Positions 23,375 to 35,656 of a stretch of 64,000 bases of DNA are shown piece after piece. Every line of letters starts with the position of its first letter. Position 1 is the stretch's first letter. The notes under the pieces were generated by a model. That model made no database searches. It was given only the letters and a program-made list of their open reading frames with translations, and had not been told where the DNA came from. The stretch comes from Octopus sinensis (taxonomy: Eukaryota): positions 169,012,001 through 169,076,000 of the forward strand of contig NC_042999.1 in NCBI RefSeq assembly GCF_006345805.1, read 5' to 3'. The position numbers were made by a program, and so were the translations under genes.

Positions 23375-24130
23375 ATATGTCAATGGGAAAGCATTAAAAG
23401 TGGCTTCCTCTTTCACATATCTTGATTCCATTGTGTTAAATGATGCTAAGAGGAATGAAGAAATTGAGCCCAGAATTGGGAAGGCTAGCTCCAATTTTAG
23501 TAAGCTTTATCATAGGTTTTGGAACAGCCACATTGTATCATCGAAGTTGAAAGTCAATGTATATAAGTCAGTGGTCTTGACAACATTGCTTTATGGAGCT
23601 GAATCTTGGACTCTGTACTGAAGCACATCAACCAGCTTGATGCTTTTCATTTGCAATGCTTGTATACTATCTCCAACATAAAACCAACTGACCATATCCA
23701 TACTAACAAAATTATTGAAGACAGGTATTGAAGACATACAGCTTAGATGATCAGGTCACCTCTCATATATTAGTGATATCAGAATTCCAAAGCAACTTCC
23801 CTTTGGCCAATTTCCAACAGGAAAGTTAGTTGGAAGGCCACTCTTGTGCTTCAAAGACAAACAAAAAGATAATCTGAAGAGATGCAATATTGCCTTTTCT
23901 TCCTGGGAAAATAAAGCATCAGAATGCAGGACCTGGCACCAGTCCTGCTTCTCCTCAGTTCAAAGATTTGAGCAAAAGCTGACTCCAACATTGGGACCAA
24001 CTTTGTGCAAGCATGAAGCCACTTTGGCAAAATGCTGCTCCAATTGGAAACCTTACCTGTCATTGTGCATTTTGTTGCATGAAGCAAAGAAGGCTTTGCC
24101 ACCCACCTATGGAAACACAAAGTAAATGAT
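23375..24130 (+). mobile_element. Decayed BovB-like RTE LINE, 3' portion
   Basis: FTYLDS, RIGKASSNF, KVNVYKSVVLTTLLYGAESW and GRPLLCFKD..KDNLK, with stops and frameshifts. Confidence 0.85.
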
Positions 24131-24289
24131 CAATAAGTACTCAAGCAAATTGAGTCCTCAACTTGTTCCATTTGCCAAAAGAGTTGTCAGGCACCAGCAG
24201 GCCTCAAGAGACACATTCATGTCCATAGAACATGATTAATGCTTAATTTTACTGAACCCTCATTTGTCGGTTCATGGCAAGAGAATCCA

Positions 24290-24329
<40 letters not shown>

Positions 24330-24344
24330 ACACATATACATATA

Positions 24345-24570
24345 TATTTCTTTACTACCCACAAGGGGCTAAACATAGAAGGGACAAACAGGGACAGACA
24401 AAGGGATTAAGTCGATTACATCGACCCAGTGCGAAACTGGTACTCTATTTATCGACCCCAAGAGGATGAAAGGCAAAGTCGACCTCGGCGGAATTTGAAC
24501 TCAGAACGTAGCGACAGACGAAATATCGCTAAGCATTTCGCCCGCCGCGCTAACGTTTCTGCCAGCTCGA
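24345..24570 (-). mobile_element. SINE family S2
   Basis: Full body match, with the head near 24570. Confidence 0.88.
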
Positions 24571-24780
24571 CATATACACTAGCAATACATCCTAGCATTG
24601 CCCGGTGATCTACAGCCGCATTCTATTATTTGTTCTTTTCTTATGGGCAGAATCAGCACAGTTGATATATAGTGAACTAGATAACTGGCATAATGGAAAT
24701 TATTAGTGAAATTATAAGTGAAGCGGGAGGATACAATTTGCATTGGTTTGCATGAAAGTGCTTTCTGTCCTTAAAAAGGA

Positions 24781-27097
24781 TCATCATCATCATCATCATC
24801 ATCATTTAGCGTCCGTTTTCCATGCTAGCATGGGTTGGACGGTTCTACTGGGGTCTGTGAAGCCAGAAGGCTTCATCAGGCCCAGTCAAATCTGGCAGTG
24901 TTTCTACGGCTGGATGCCCTTCCTAACGCCAACCACTCCGTGAGTGTAGTGGGTGCTTTTTACGTGCCACCCGCACTGGTGCCAGACAGAGCTGGCAAAC
25001 GGCCACGAACGGATGGTGCTTTTTATGTGCCACCGGCACGAGGGCCAGGCGAGGCTGGCAACGGACACGAAACGGAAAGTTCTCTTACATGCCACCGGCA
25101 CTGGTAACACATCTGCAATTTCCATTGATCGATTTCCATTGATCGATTTCGATTCTGATCCTCACTTGCCTCAATGGGTCTTCACAAGCAGAGTTTCGAC
25201 ATGCCACCGGCACTGGTAGCACATCCGCAATTTCCATTGATCGATTTCGATTCTGATCCTCACTTGCCTCAACACGTCTTCACAAGTAGAGTTTTGTGTC
25301 CCAAGAAGGGAAGGTATGCATACGTAGGCTGGCTCCATCCCATGTAGAAGGCCACGGGTTGTGGACTCACTTGTCCTGCCGGGTCTTCTCGCGCACAGCA
25401 CACTTCCAGAGGTCTCGGTCTCTAGTCATTTCCTCAGTGAGACCTAAAGTTCGAAGGTCGTGCTTCACCACCTCGTCCCAGGTTTTCCTGGGTCTGCCTC
25501 TTCCACAGGTTCCCTCAACCGCTAGGGTGTGGCACTTTTTCACACAACTATCTTCATCCATTCTCGCCACATGACCATACCAGCGCAAACGTCTCTCTTG
25601 CACACCACAACTGATGCTTCTTAGGTCCAGCTTTTCTCTCAAGGTACTTACACTCTGCCGAGTGTGAGTACCGGCATTACACATCCATCGGAGCATACTG
25701 GCTTCATTTCTAGCGAGCTTACGCATATCCTCAGCAGTCACGGCCCATGTTTCACTGCCATGTAGCATGGCTGTTCGTACACATGCATCATACAGTCTGC
25801 CTTTCACTCTGCGTGAGAGGCCTTTTGTCACCAGCAGAGGTAAGAGCTCTCTGAACTTTGCCCAAGCTATTCTTACTCTAGCAGTTACACTTTCAGCACA
25901 CCCGCCCCCGCTGCTGACTTGGTCACCTAGGTAACGGAAACTATCAACTATTTCTAGTTTTTCTCCCTGGAAAGTGACGGAAGTTGGTCTCAGAGCATTT
26001 TCAGTGTTTATTGTTCCTGAGCATCTGCCACATACAAAAACCATCTTCCTAGTTAGCCTTCCTTTGACATTGCTGCATCTCTTATGTGTCCATAGCTTAC
26101 ACTTGGTGCATCTTATAGAGTTTCTACCTACACCTTTTCTACAGATCGAGCAGGGCCATCTACCTGAAGGTGTTTGTGATTTGTCTACCTTCCTACTGAT
26201 TACGACTTTGGTTTTAGCTAGATTGACTCTGAGGCCCTTCGATTCTAATCCTTGTTTCCACACCTGAAACTTCTCCTCCAGTTCTGATAGCGACTCAGCA
26301 ATTAGAGCAAGGTCATCAGCATAGAGGAGCTCCCAAGGGCATCCTGTCTTGAATTCCTCCGTTATTGCCTGGAGGACTAAGATAAATAGGAGGGGGCTGA
26401 GTACTGAGCCTTGGTGGACCCCTACCTCTACCCGGAATTCTTCACTGTACTCATTTCCAACCCTCACCCTACTAGCGGCGTCCCTATACATGGCCCGCAC
26501 AGCTCTCACTAACCATTCATCTATCCCTAGTTTTCTCATTGCCCACCAGATAAGGGATCAGGGGACCCTGTCGAAGGCTTTCTCCATGTCAACAAAAGCC
26601 AGGTACAGGGGCTTATCTTTGGCTAGGTATTTCTCCTGCAGCTGCCTTACCAGGAATATAGCATTAGTAGTACTTTTCCCTGGCACAAACCCAAACTGCA
26701 TCTCATCTAAACTAACTCTCTCTCTAATTAGTTGGGCTATGACCCTCTCCGTAACCTTCATCACCTGGTCCAACAGCTTGATACCTCTGTAGTTATTTGT
26801 ATCTAGGGCATCACCTTTACCTTTGTAGCAGTTGACTATTATACTGCTACACCAGTCATTGGGTATGACCCCTTTGTGTATCACCTGATTAACTATATGG
26901 GTGACTAGGCTATAGCCGACACTACCAGACATTTTGAGCATCTCTGCAGTGATTCCTGATGGGCCTGGGGCTTTCCCTGTCTTCATGCTTCTAATTGCCT
27001 TAGCTACCACAGAACTATCAACTCGGATAGCTGGTCCCTCTGTTGGGTCAACATTCGGCAGACTCTCTTTATCCCATTCATTTTCTTCATTCAGCAA
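24781..27097 (-). mobile_element. RTE-clade LINE, copy 2: 5'-truncated, RT core intact apart from one in-frame stop, 3' UTR and (TGA)n tail present
   Basis: ORFs 26558-27097 and 25367-26539 share one frame separated by TGA at 26558-26560. Motifs FVDMEKAFDRV, GVHQGSVLSPLLF, LLYADDL, FRYLG and LRWYGHV. The tail appears as (CAT)n at 24781-24805. Confidence 0.95.
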
Positions 27098-27138
27098 AAC
27101 TATATATTGTTACATCATATAAAAGGGGGTTAATATGA

Positions 27139-27486
27139 TTTTGCCCAGAAATCATGTTTTCAAAATTTTTATTTTCTCCTGTCCCCATTGCAATTTCTTA
27201 ATTTGTAACTTTTTTCAAATTTTTTTTTATCCACATACAAAAATACAGAGATTATAAATCTAGGAAATATACTCTTTACTCTTTTACTCTTTTACTTGTT
27301 TCAGTCATTTGACTGTGGCCATGCTGGAGCACCGCCTTTAGTCGAGCAAATTGACCCCGGGACTTATTCTTTGTAGGCCCAGTACTTATTCTATCGGTCT
27401 CTTTTGCCGAACCGCTAAGTGACGGGGACGTAAACACATCAGCATCAGTTGTCAAGCAATGCTAGGGGGACAAACACAGACACACA

Positions 27487-27559
<73 letters not shown>

Positions 27560-28200
27560 CAGGCTTCTTTTAGTTTCCGTCTACCAAATCCACTCACAAG
27601 GCATTGGTCAGCCCGGGGCTATAGCAGAAGACACTTGCCCAAGATGCCACGCAGTGGGACTGAACCCGGAACCATGTGGTTGGTTAGCAAGCTACTTACC
27701 ACACAGCCACTCTTTTTTAAAGTTTAATTTTTCTTAAAGAAACACTCACCTCACCTACCCATCACCTACTCACTTTCAAAAAGCTAAAACCTCCCAATGT
27801 TTCACTTTCATCTGATATTTCATGCATGCATAGAATTGTACTGAAATAGCAGACATAAAAAATACCAGACAACCACCAGAAAACCCGACATGCTAGAAAC
27901 AACAGGTAAACAACATTATTTATGAATAAACTTCCCCGCTTTCCAAAAAGCTAATTGTGAAACATTAGGAGTTTGTAGCTTTTTGAAAGTGGTGAGGTGA
28001 TGGTTGGATGTTTGGGAAGGAGATTTTGGGATTTCTTTAAGAAAAAAAGGAAGAAGAAAATTCTGTAAGATTTGTACTCTCTATTTTTTCTCCATGGATT
28101 ACCAAAAAAAAAATCTTGGAAAAAAGTAAAAAAAAAAATGAAGAAATTAGGGTGGAGAGGGAGAAAATTAAAATATTGAGAACGTGGTTTTTGGACAAAA
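27139..28200. repeat. Old fold-back element with long imperfect arms, left arm interrupted by a SINE
   Basis: 27139-27268 matches the reverse complement of about 28060-28200. 27730-27806 matches the reverse complement of about 27958-28047. Confidence 0.65.
27272..27712 (-). mobile_element. SINE family S1, full length
   Basis: Complete match to the other copies. Confidence 0.9.
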
Positions 28201-28506
28201 TCTTAATCTCCTGTATCAAAAACACAGGAATTGGAAGAAATCTAGAAAATAATGAGGGGTGAAAATGTCAACTTAGACATACTAGAAACAACAGGTAAAG
28301 GACAGGATTTCGGGGATAGCTTCCTTTTAAGTTTATATGGCAGATCAGGTTTTTAGATACGCTCATCACAAACACAAGTTACAGAACAGAAAAAGGTAAT
28401 TTCTATCGGATTTGAACTGTAATTTTGTGTGTGCACACAGCAAGGAATAACATAATTCATACAGAAGTTTTCCCTAGTTTGTGTGTGTGTGTGTGTGTGT
28501 GTATGT

Positions 28507-28544
<38 letters not shown>

Positions 28545-29314
28545 ACGTGTACGCATGTATGTGCCAAAGAGGTTATTTTATAGCATTCTTTCATTTGAAG
28601 CAGCAACGTTGTCAACTTGATCATATGGTCAATCATATGGGTTCATATGATTGTTTTATTTATTTATGCATTGAAGAGAGCACAAATTGAAAGAGAGGAG
28701 AAAGTGAAAAGGCAACATTTGCTTTGAAATGAGAGAAGAAAGTGAAAGAGAGGAGAAAGTGAAAGATGTATGTATGTGTATATGAAATGGATGTGTGTGT
28801 GTGTGTGTGCATGTGTGTGAGAGACAGAGACTGAGTGAGTGAAGGTATGTGTTGTCATGTATATATTTTTTGCATGTATGTGTAAGTGGCACTCACTCGC
28901 TCTCTCTCTTTCTCTCTCTCTCCCTCACACACATGCACACACATACATTATCTTTCATATACACGTACATAAATACATATGCATACATCTTTTTTTGTAT
29001 GTATGTGTGCATGTGAAAGTGAGAGAGTGAGTAACTGTATTTCCTCATAACAAATAGAGAAATGGATGTCTTTTAATGAAATTTTTTGGTTGTGGCTTAT
29101 TTTGATACAATATTTATGTATACATTTTTATAAATGTTTGTCTGAGTAGAATTCTATGCATGTGTGAAGCATTGGACGAAAGTGAAACATTAGAAGCAAA
29201 TCAAAATATTGCTTGAAAATGACCTCAAAATTGTGCAATTTGACCTCGTTTCCAAGGTTATTTTAGTAGTAAAAAAGAGTTGTACGAAAAACATAGTTTA
29301 TCTGGTAGCCTTTA

Positions 29315-30103
29315 TATTGGGTCATCCCATAAATAATGTATTTTTTTTACACTTCTTTTTTAATGCGAGGCCTATCTTACAAAATTCACTTGTCCGTGAC
29401 GAAAAATACTCCTCCACTACTGTTCTGATCTCATCTACAGAATTCATATTTTTTTCATCTAAATGATTTTGAAGACAGTGGAATAAATGATAATCAGATG
29501 GGGTAATATCTAGTCAATATGGTGGGTGGGGCATCGTTTCTCTTTCAAACTGCTCCAGCCTTTGGAATGTCATCCTTGCTGTATGTGGTCAAGCATTGTC
29601 CTGATGGAAGAACACCTTTCATCTTGAAACCATAGATGGTCACTTTTCTTCTAGCACTGACTTGAATGACTGGTTGAATGACCAAATCCAAGCTTCTCTG
29701 CTAGTTCTTGAACAGTTACAATGGGATTTTGTTCCACCAGGGTTTGCAGGATGTCCTCGTCGAGCTGTACAGAACTTCCAGGATGAGACTCATCTGCTAG
29801 GAATTTCTGGAACCACAGTTGAGCCTGGCTTGTGCTTATTGTCTGATCCCCATATAAGGCATTAATGTTCCTTGCACTTTTTGTGTTGCTGCCTCTATTG
29901 AACTTGTAAAGATGCCGAATATGCTCCTTTGTCACTTCCAATTATAGCTTTGAAAAAATAACTGTGCTCGCACTAAGCATAAGGACAAGGTAAATTACTA
30001 CCTGCTTTAACAGCATGTTGAATCAGGTAATTTATCCCATCCCCCTCTGACTTTTAGTTCATGCAATTGAAAAAGACCACATTATTTATGGGATGACCCA
30101 ATA
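29315..30103 (-). mobile_element. Internally deleted mariner (second family)
   Basis: Perfect 25-bp TIR TATTGGGTCATCCCATAAATAATGT at 29315-29339 and 30079-30103, with TA flanks. ORF 29651-29941 is a mariner HTH-like N-terminus (MEVTKEHIRH...WFQKF...DEDILQTLVEQNP). Confidence 0.88.
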
Positions 30104-30432
30104 TACATATAGATAGATGATAAACAGCTTTCTTTGTTATAGTATAGATGTGACTAATTCAGAGAAACATTACCTTCATTATTCACACATCATCACTCTC
30201 ATAATGCAACACTTTGTAATTTTGGTTCAAACTGAAAGTGTGAAACTATTTTCACTTTCTAATGAAACCTGGTCATTGCAGAACAGTGTGTTTCAAATAA
30301 CTAAAGCTAATTGTTGAGATAACGTAGAAAATATGTAAATGAAAATAAAGTTTATTTGGTAGCCAAAAGATTATTGAATGTTTTGATATCCCATATGTCA
30401 AAATGGGCAACTCAGTTTTTGAATGCATAAGG

Positions 30433-30474
<42 letters not shown>

Positions 30475-30689
30475 CTCTTTTATATATATATATAGATATA
30501 TGAGTGAGTGAACGAATGAAAGAAAGTGGCACTCAACACATTGGGTAGGAGTTACACATATTATTTAATAAGAATTTGACTCAACTCCATAAAACTTAAC
30601 GTTTCATAGGTTTGAGCCTTATCTTGTCAGCTATCTAGACAAGAGGAATGGGATTTGAGACAAATTCAAGATGGCTTCTAGATGTTAGG

Positions 30690-30890
30690 CCTCTATCAGT
30701 CAACTCAGTGCCATGTAAAAGCACTCAGCACACTCTGTAAAGTGGTTGGCATTAGGAAGGGTATCCAGCCATAGAAACCATGCCAAATCATACTGGAGTC
30801 TAGTGCTTCTCCCCAGCTTGTCAGCTCTTGTCAAACCATCCAACACATACCAGCTGGGACAACAGACGTTAAATGATGATGATGATGGTG
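30690..30890 (+). mobile_element. Short element sharing the RTE 3' UTR and (TGA)n tail
   Basis: GTGGTTGGCATTAGGAAGGGTATCCAGCC...ACGTTAAATGATGATGATGATG. Older minus-strand relatives lie near 50020-50230 and 51200-51400. Confidence 0.7.
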
Positions 30891-31399
30891 GTGTATGTAT
30901 GTATGTATGTATGCATGCATGTATGTATGGTTATATAAGTTGAATAAAGGACTTCAGTACCCTATGTATTCTCTGCTCCTTTTGTTAACTATTCCAGAAG
31001 GTGCAGTGGGTGCATTTGAGATTCCAGTGCTAGTTGTCAAGGACCATAGGTATATGCAAAAAAAACCACACACAACAAACATTTAAGGCCATGAATGTTC
31101 CCTTACCTCCAGACAACAATCTTTGATTATTGAGATTATCTTCCAGTCTCATATTAGCTAGTCTTAATTGCTTTTTGATAATTGAGGCACATCCTTTGAA
31201 GATAGAGCTAATTTTACTAAACCAATAATTAATGCTATATGCTTTTTGATATACATGTATTTGTCTATATATATACAACTGGTCTTTCTGCATCATTTAT
31301 CTTAGTTCATTTTTCTTGATTTATGCAAATTATGTCAGTCGTTGTTCAATTCTTTTTTTGTATATGGCCATAACCCAAGGCCACTGGAGATAAGGTAGT

Positions 31400-31970
31400 A
31401 TAATAGTAGTGCTGATGAAACCTCTTGCAGCAGGAACATGTGACCACAATTGTCCTCTTACCTTCAGATAATATGCCTGTTCTTTAAATTAATAGTATGT
31501 CAACTTTGAAGAAATCTTGTGCGTGTGGGTGAGCATACCAAGGTGGGCAGTATGTGGGTGTGTAAGTGGAGAGTGTGAATCCATGTGTGATTGCTGTAAA
31601 GTGAAGAGAGGAAGTGAGATTAGTATCAGATGAAGAGAGGAGGTGAGTTGAGCCCATGTGGTGCAAAGGATTGAAGACAGAAGCTTAATTGCTGTTCATG
31701 GCAAGAACAGGAGCCTGGGAGGCTCTTGTGCAGAGACAGTCCGAACACAGATAAATGTTGTAGCAAATGACGGGTAGAGAGGAAATGGCACAAGACCGGA
31801 GTGTCATTGCTAAGTCTGATGTCCTGGAGGTGCTCCACGAACCAGTCAGCCAAGTGGTGTCCCATTTGACTAATGTACAGGGAAGGACAGAGAGAGTAGG
31901 AGATACAGTAAATGACATTACTAGAGATGCAGGTAAAGGAGTCAGTGACATGATAGGAATTACATACAGA
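31400..31970 (-). mobile_element. PLE 3' fragment: GIY-YIG endonuclease plus downstream sequence
   Basis: SFTCISSNVIYCISYSLCPSLYISQMGHHLADWFVEHLQDIR...HF...EQQLSFCLQSFAPHGLN. Confidence 0.8.
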
Positions 31971-31977
31971 CACACAC

Positions 31978-32008
<31 letters not shown>

Positions 32009-32009
<1 letters not shown>

Positions 32010-32677
32010 TAGCATTATGACCCGTCTTTTGCCGGGTCATAGTGCTAGTGTATGTATATATGTGTATATATATGTGTACATATTACATGTACATCTATAT
32101 ATATATATACATCTATACATAAAATACAAAATACAAAGTTATATCTAGATATCGCTAGTGATAACAATACTGAAAATATATAACAGACTGGAATTGTAGG
32201 ACTATTCCATTTCTGCACACTAATTTTATTTTTAATTTATTCCCATTCATGTGAATCCACTTATTCAAGTTCAAGTCATTGATGCAATTTTATACCAATT
32301 GCTATTTTTACTTTTGTTATGTTACGATTATATTATACTTTAGTTTGATTTTAATTATTACTTACTACATATAATTCAATTGTTATTATTATTTTTATTG
32401 TTAAAGTGAAAATATCTGACATAAAATACAGAAATTTTTTTGTTTCATTTTTAACACGTAATACTGAAATAGTAGAGAAGATATGATATTGCTATGGGTT
32501 CGCCCTAGGCAAGAAGTTGAACATTTTTTTTTCCCATGAAACTACATGGACTCTAAGTAAGGCAGGTGTAAAATTTGAATGAAATTGGTTATGTAGTTCT
32601 CAATTTTTAGGGAAACACACAGACAGACAGACAGACACACACACACACACATTCTCAGTTTTATATACATATATAGA
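32009..32677 (-). mobile_element. Helitron family A, internally deleted copy
   Basis: Same 3' palindrome as the 2874 copy. 5' end A|TCTATATATG...AAAACTGAGAATG. About 390 bp are missing relative to the 46229 copy. Confidence 0.85.
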
Positions 32678-32976
32678 TATACGTATATGTACATACATCC
32701 TGGGTATGATTTTAAACTGCGTCTGGTAGTGGAGCTTTGGTATAGGATTTCCAGGATTTTGAGGAGTGTGGAACCACCTCTTAGTCACTAGTGTTCCCAC
32801 ATGTACTTTAACTTAGAGTTATATCCCCTGTTAGGGTACCTGCTATGGGTAAACCAACATGTAAACCACTAGGAGTGAAGGAGTCCTAATTCTCTATAAA
32901 CCCTATGCTATTGTACCAAGCCATTTCTGGTGTCCTACATGTTGATGTGTCTAGATTCTAATGAATCTTATGACTT

Positions 32977-33040
<64 letters not shown>

Positions 33041-33044
<4 letters not shown>

Positions 33045-33193
33045 AATGTAATATGTGACAATTATTTGGTAGCCATGATAAAACTCCGAGTTTCGGATGC
33101 CGAATAATTGTCACATATTACATTTACAGATAAATTCCTCTATTTACATAAGATCGAGGTCTCTTTCTTTCTTTTGCTGTCTTACCATTTTTA

Positions 33194-33236
<43 letters not shown>

Positions 33237-33968
33237 TGAAATACAATAAACGGCTTCCAAATAGGAAAGCCATGTGCTAGAAAGAGCAGTAGAAAATTCA
33301 AAACCACCAAATAAGGATAAATTTTTGAAAGGAATGAAAATTAAAAACGTTTACCATCTCAATTATTTCCCAGACCATGATTTCTAACTATTTCCAGCAA
33401 AATGGCTTTCCTATTTGGAAGTCTCTTATTGTATTTCTATGTGAATAATATATAGTCTAATGACTAATTCGTTTTTGTGCTAGGCCATTGGTAATAATAT
33501 TTTCTTATGACCCAATTATTATGTTTAAATATTCTCTGATAAATTTGTTTGAAATTTTTACCGGCATCCTCTCTGTTGCCGGGTATAATCTGAGTCAGCG
33601 CAGTAGTCTGAAAAGTTAGGATATACAAGCAGTTAGTTTTACATGTGGATCTGGCTGTGTTGTGTATTTGAAATCGAAAGGCTGTCCCACTGATGAAACT
33701 GGCCTTCAGCAAATATTTTTTTGCTGGAAATAGTTAGAAACCATGGTCTGGGAAATAACTGAGATAGTAAACGTTTTTAATTTTCATTCCTTTCGAAAAT
33801 TTATCCTTATTTGGTGGTTTTGAGTTTTCTACTGCTCTTTCTAGCACAAGGCTTTCCTATTTGGAAGCCTCTTATTGTATTTCTATGTGAATAATATATA
33901 GTCTAATGACTAATTAATTCGTTTTTGTGCTAGGCCATTGGTAATAATAATTTCTTATTACCCTATTA

Positions 33969-34000
<32 letters not shown>

Positions 34001-34070
34001 CAACAAACTACATATGTAACAGCAAACAAAATAGACCTCAATATCATTGTAAATAGAGGACTAAATTTAT
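33041..34070. repeat. Nested inverted/direct repeat complex bounded by (TA)n, probably PLE-derived
   Basis: Perfect 26-bp arms 33041-33066/33103-33128. About 165-bp arms 33238-33402/33719-33883. Direct repeat 33404-33520/33850-33972. A weak GIY-YIG-like remnant lies on the minus strand between them. Confidence 0.75.
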
Positions 34071-34796
34071 TAAATAAGACAGTCATGGAACACTTATATT
34101 CAGAAGCCCAAGTCTCTCAATAGCAATTTGATTCAGCTGTTGTAAGCATGTTACACTGATGTTATATGTTTGCAACAGCTGAAGAACATTAGCAATCAAA
34201 TTACTGAATGTAAGTACTCCATGCTTGATTCATTTAATAATTGTATATATACATACATAAATATGTATGTATAAATATATACATAAATAAGCTTTTAATT
34301 TGTTTAGGGCAAATGCACTTATAAAATCTTCTTTGCTTCCTGTTGTCAGCTACCACGCATTATTCCATCTTCCAGAGAAATCCTATGGGATCGTTATGTA
34401 TGCAGAACACCTTACAGCTTAGAATAAATAGAGTAATGACAAAACATGACTTGTGGATGGAAATTTCTAGACTTTATTCATGTATTGTAACATATATTTC
34501 TGCATCCCTCATGCTCATTTGTGAGGACATTTTCACATCCATGGAATATTATCAAATACTATTTATAATATGTAGGAATCTTGAGTATACCTCTGTTCCA
34601 TGTGTATATTTCACCAGGAATTTGACATTAATGGTTTTTTGTTAGTCCAATGTTTACATTTAAAAACATTTACCATTTTACCCCAATCTTGAAGCTCTGT
34701 CTTGTTGGATATTGCTTGTGAATTGTCATAATTTATCACAGAAAGAGATACAAAGGAGAAAAAATATATAAATATATGGATTTATATATATATATA

Positions 34797-35030
34797 TTTG
34801 AAGGCGGCGAGCTGGCAGAAACGTTAGCGCACCAGGTGAAATGCTTAACGGTGTTTCGTCTGCTGCTACGTTCTGAGTTCAAATTCTGCCGAGGTCGACT
34901 TTGCCTTTCATCCTTTCGGGGTCGATAAATAAAGTACCAGTTACGCACTGGGGTCGATGTAATTGACTTAATACCTATGTCTGTCCTTGTTTGTCCCCTC
35001 TGTGTTTAGCCCCTTGTGGGTAGTAAAGAA
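34797..35030 (+). mobile_element. SINE family S2, full length
   Basis: TTTGAAGGCGGCGAGCTGGCAGAAACGTTAGC...GAGTTCAAATTC...GTAGTAAAGAAATA. Confidence 0.9.
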
Positions 35031-35049
35031 ATATATATATATATATATA

Positions 35050-35656
35050 TTTGAATAAAGATGTATTATTACCATTATTTATAGTAATATGGTGACGAGC
35101 AAGTTCACCCCTTTACAGGTGCAATATAAAGTAATTTCAGATACAGTAGGGTATATAATATCACTTACTAAAATCAGAGCCAATGCTCCAAAGCCATCAT
35201 AAAAATTACGATAAAGATACACACGAGCAATGCAATGAATATATGAGAAATAGGTTTACCTTTGCTTTGAATACTTCAGTAAGAAATGTATATTTCAATA
35301 CCAATTGATTTCACACTTTGCATGACAAACATGCTCTGCGACCTTCAGCTGAAAATAACATTTTGAACATCTATTTCTAAAATATTCACTATGTTAACTC
35401 GTGTGCGTTCCTTACTTTCAACATCCCACTCTGTTTAAAAGAAACTATCATAAACAAGAAAAATTTGAATAAAAATATATCATTACTATTATTTATAGTA
35501 ATAATAAGGTGGCTTGCAAGTTCACACCTTTACAGGTGCAATATAAAGTAATTTCAGCTACAGCAGGTTATATATTGTAATTTTTATGTTGGTTTTTGGA
35601 GCATTTGCTCTGATTTTAGCAAGTGGTATTATATACCCTACTGTATCTGAAATTAC
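35050..35656. repeat. Direct plus inverted repeat block
   Basis: 35131-35209 matches the reverse complement of 35577-35656. About 35050-35160 is repeated directly at about 35465-35576. Confidence 0.75.

Noticed and set aside
24855-24885. CTGATGAAGCC-TTCT-GGCTTC in the RTE 3' UTR (minus strand)
   Set aside because: No GAAA follows the stem, and the motif is not conserved in RTE copy 1.
24743-24943. ORF with a poly-His run
   Set aside because: It is the antisense reading of the RTE (TGA)n tail.
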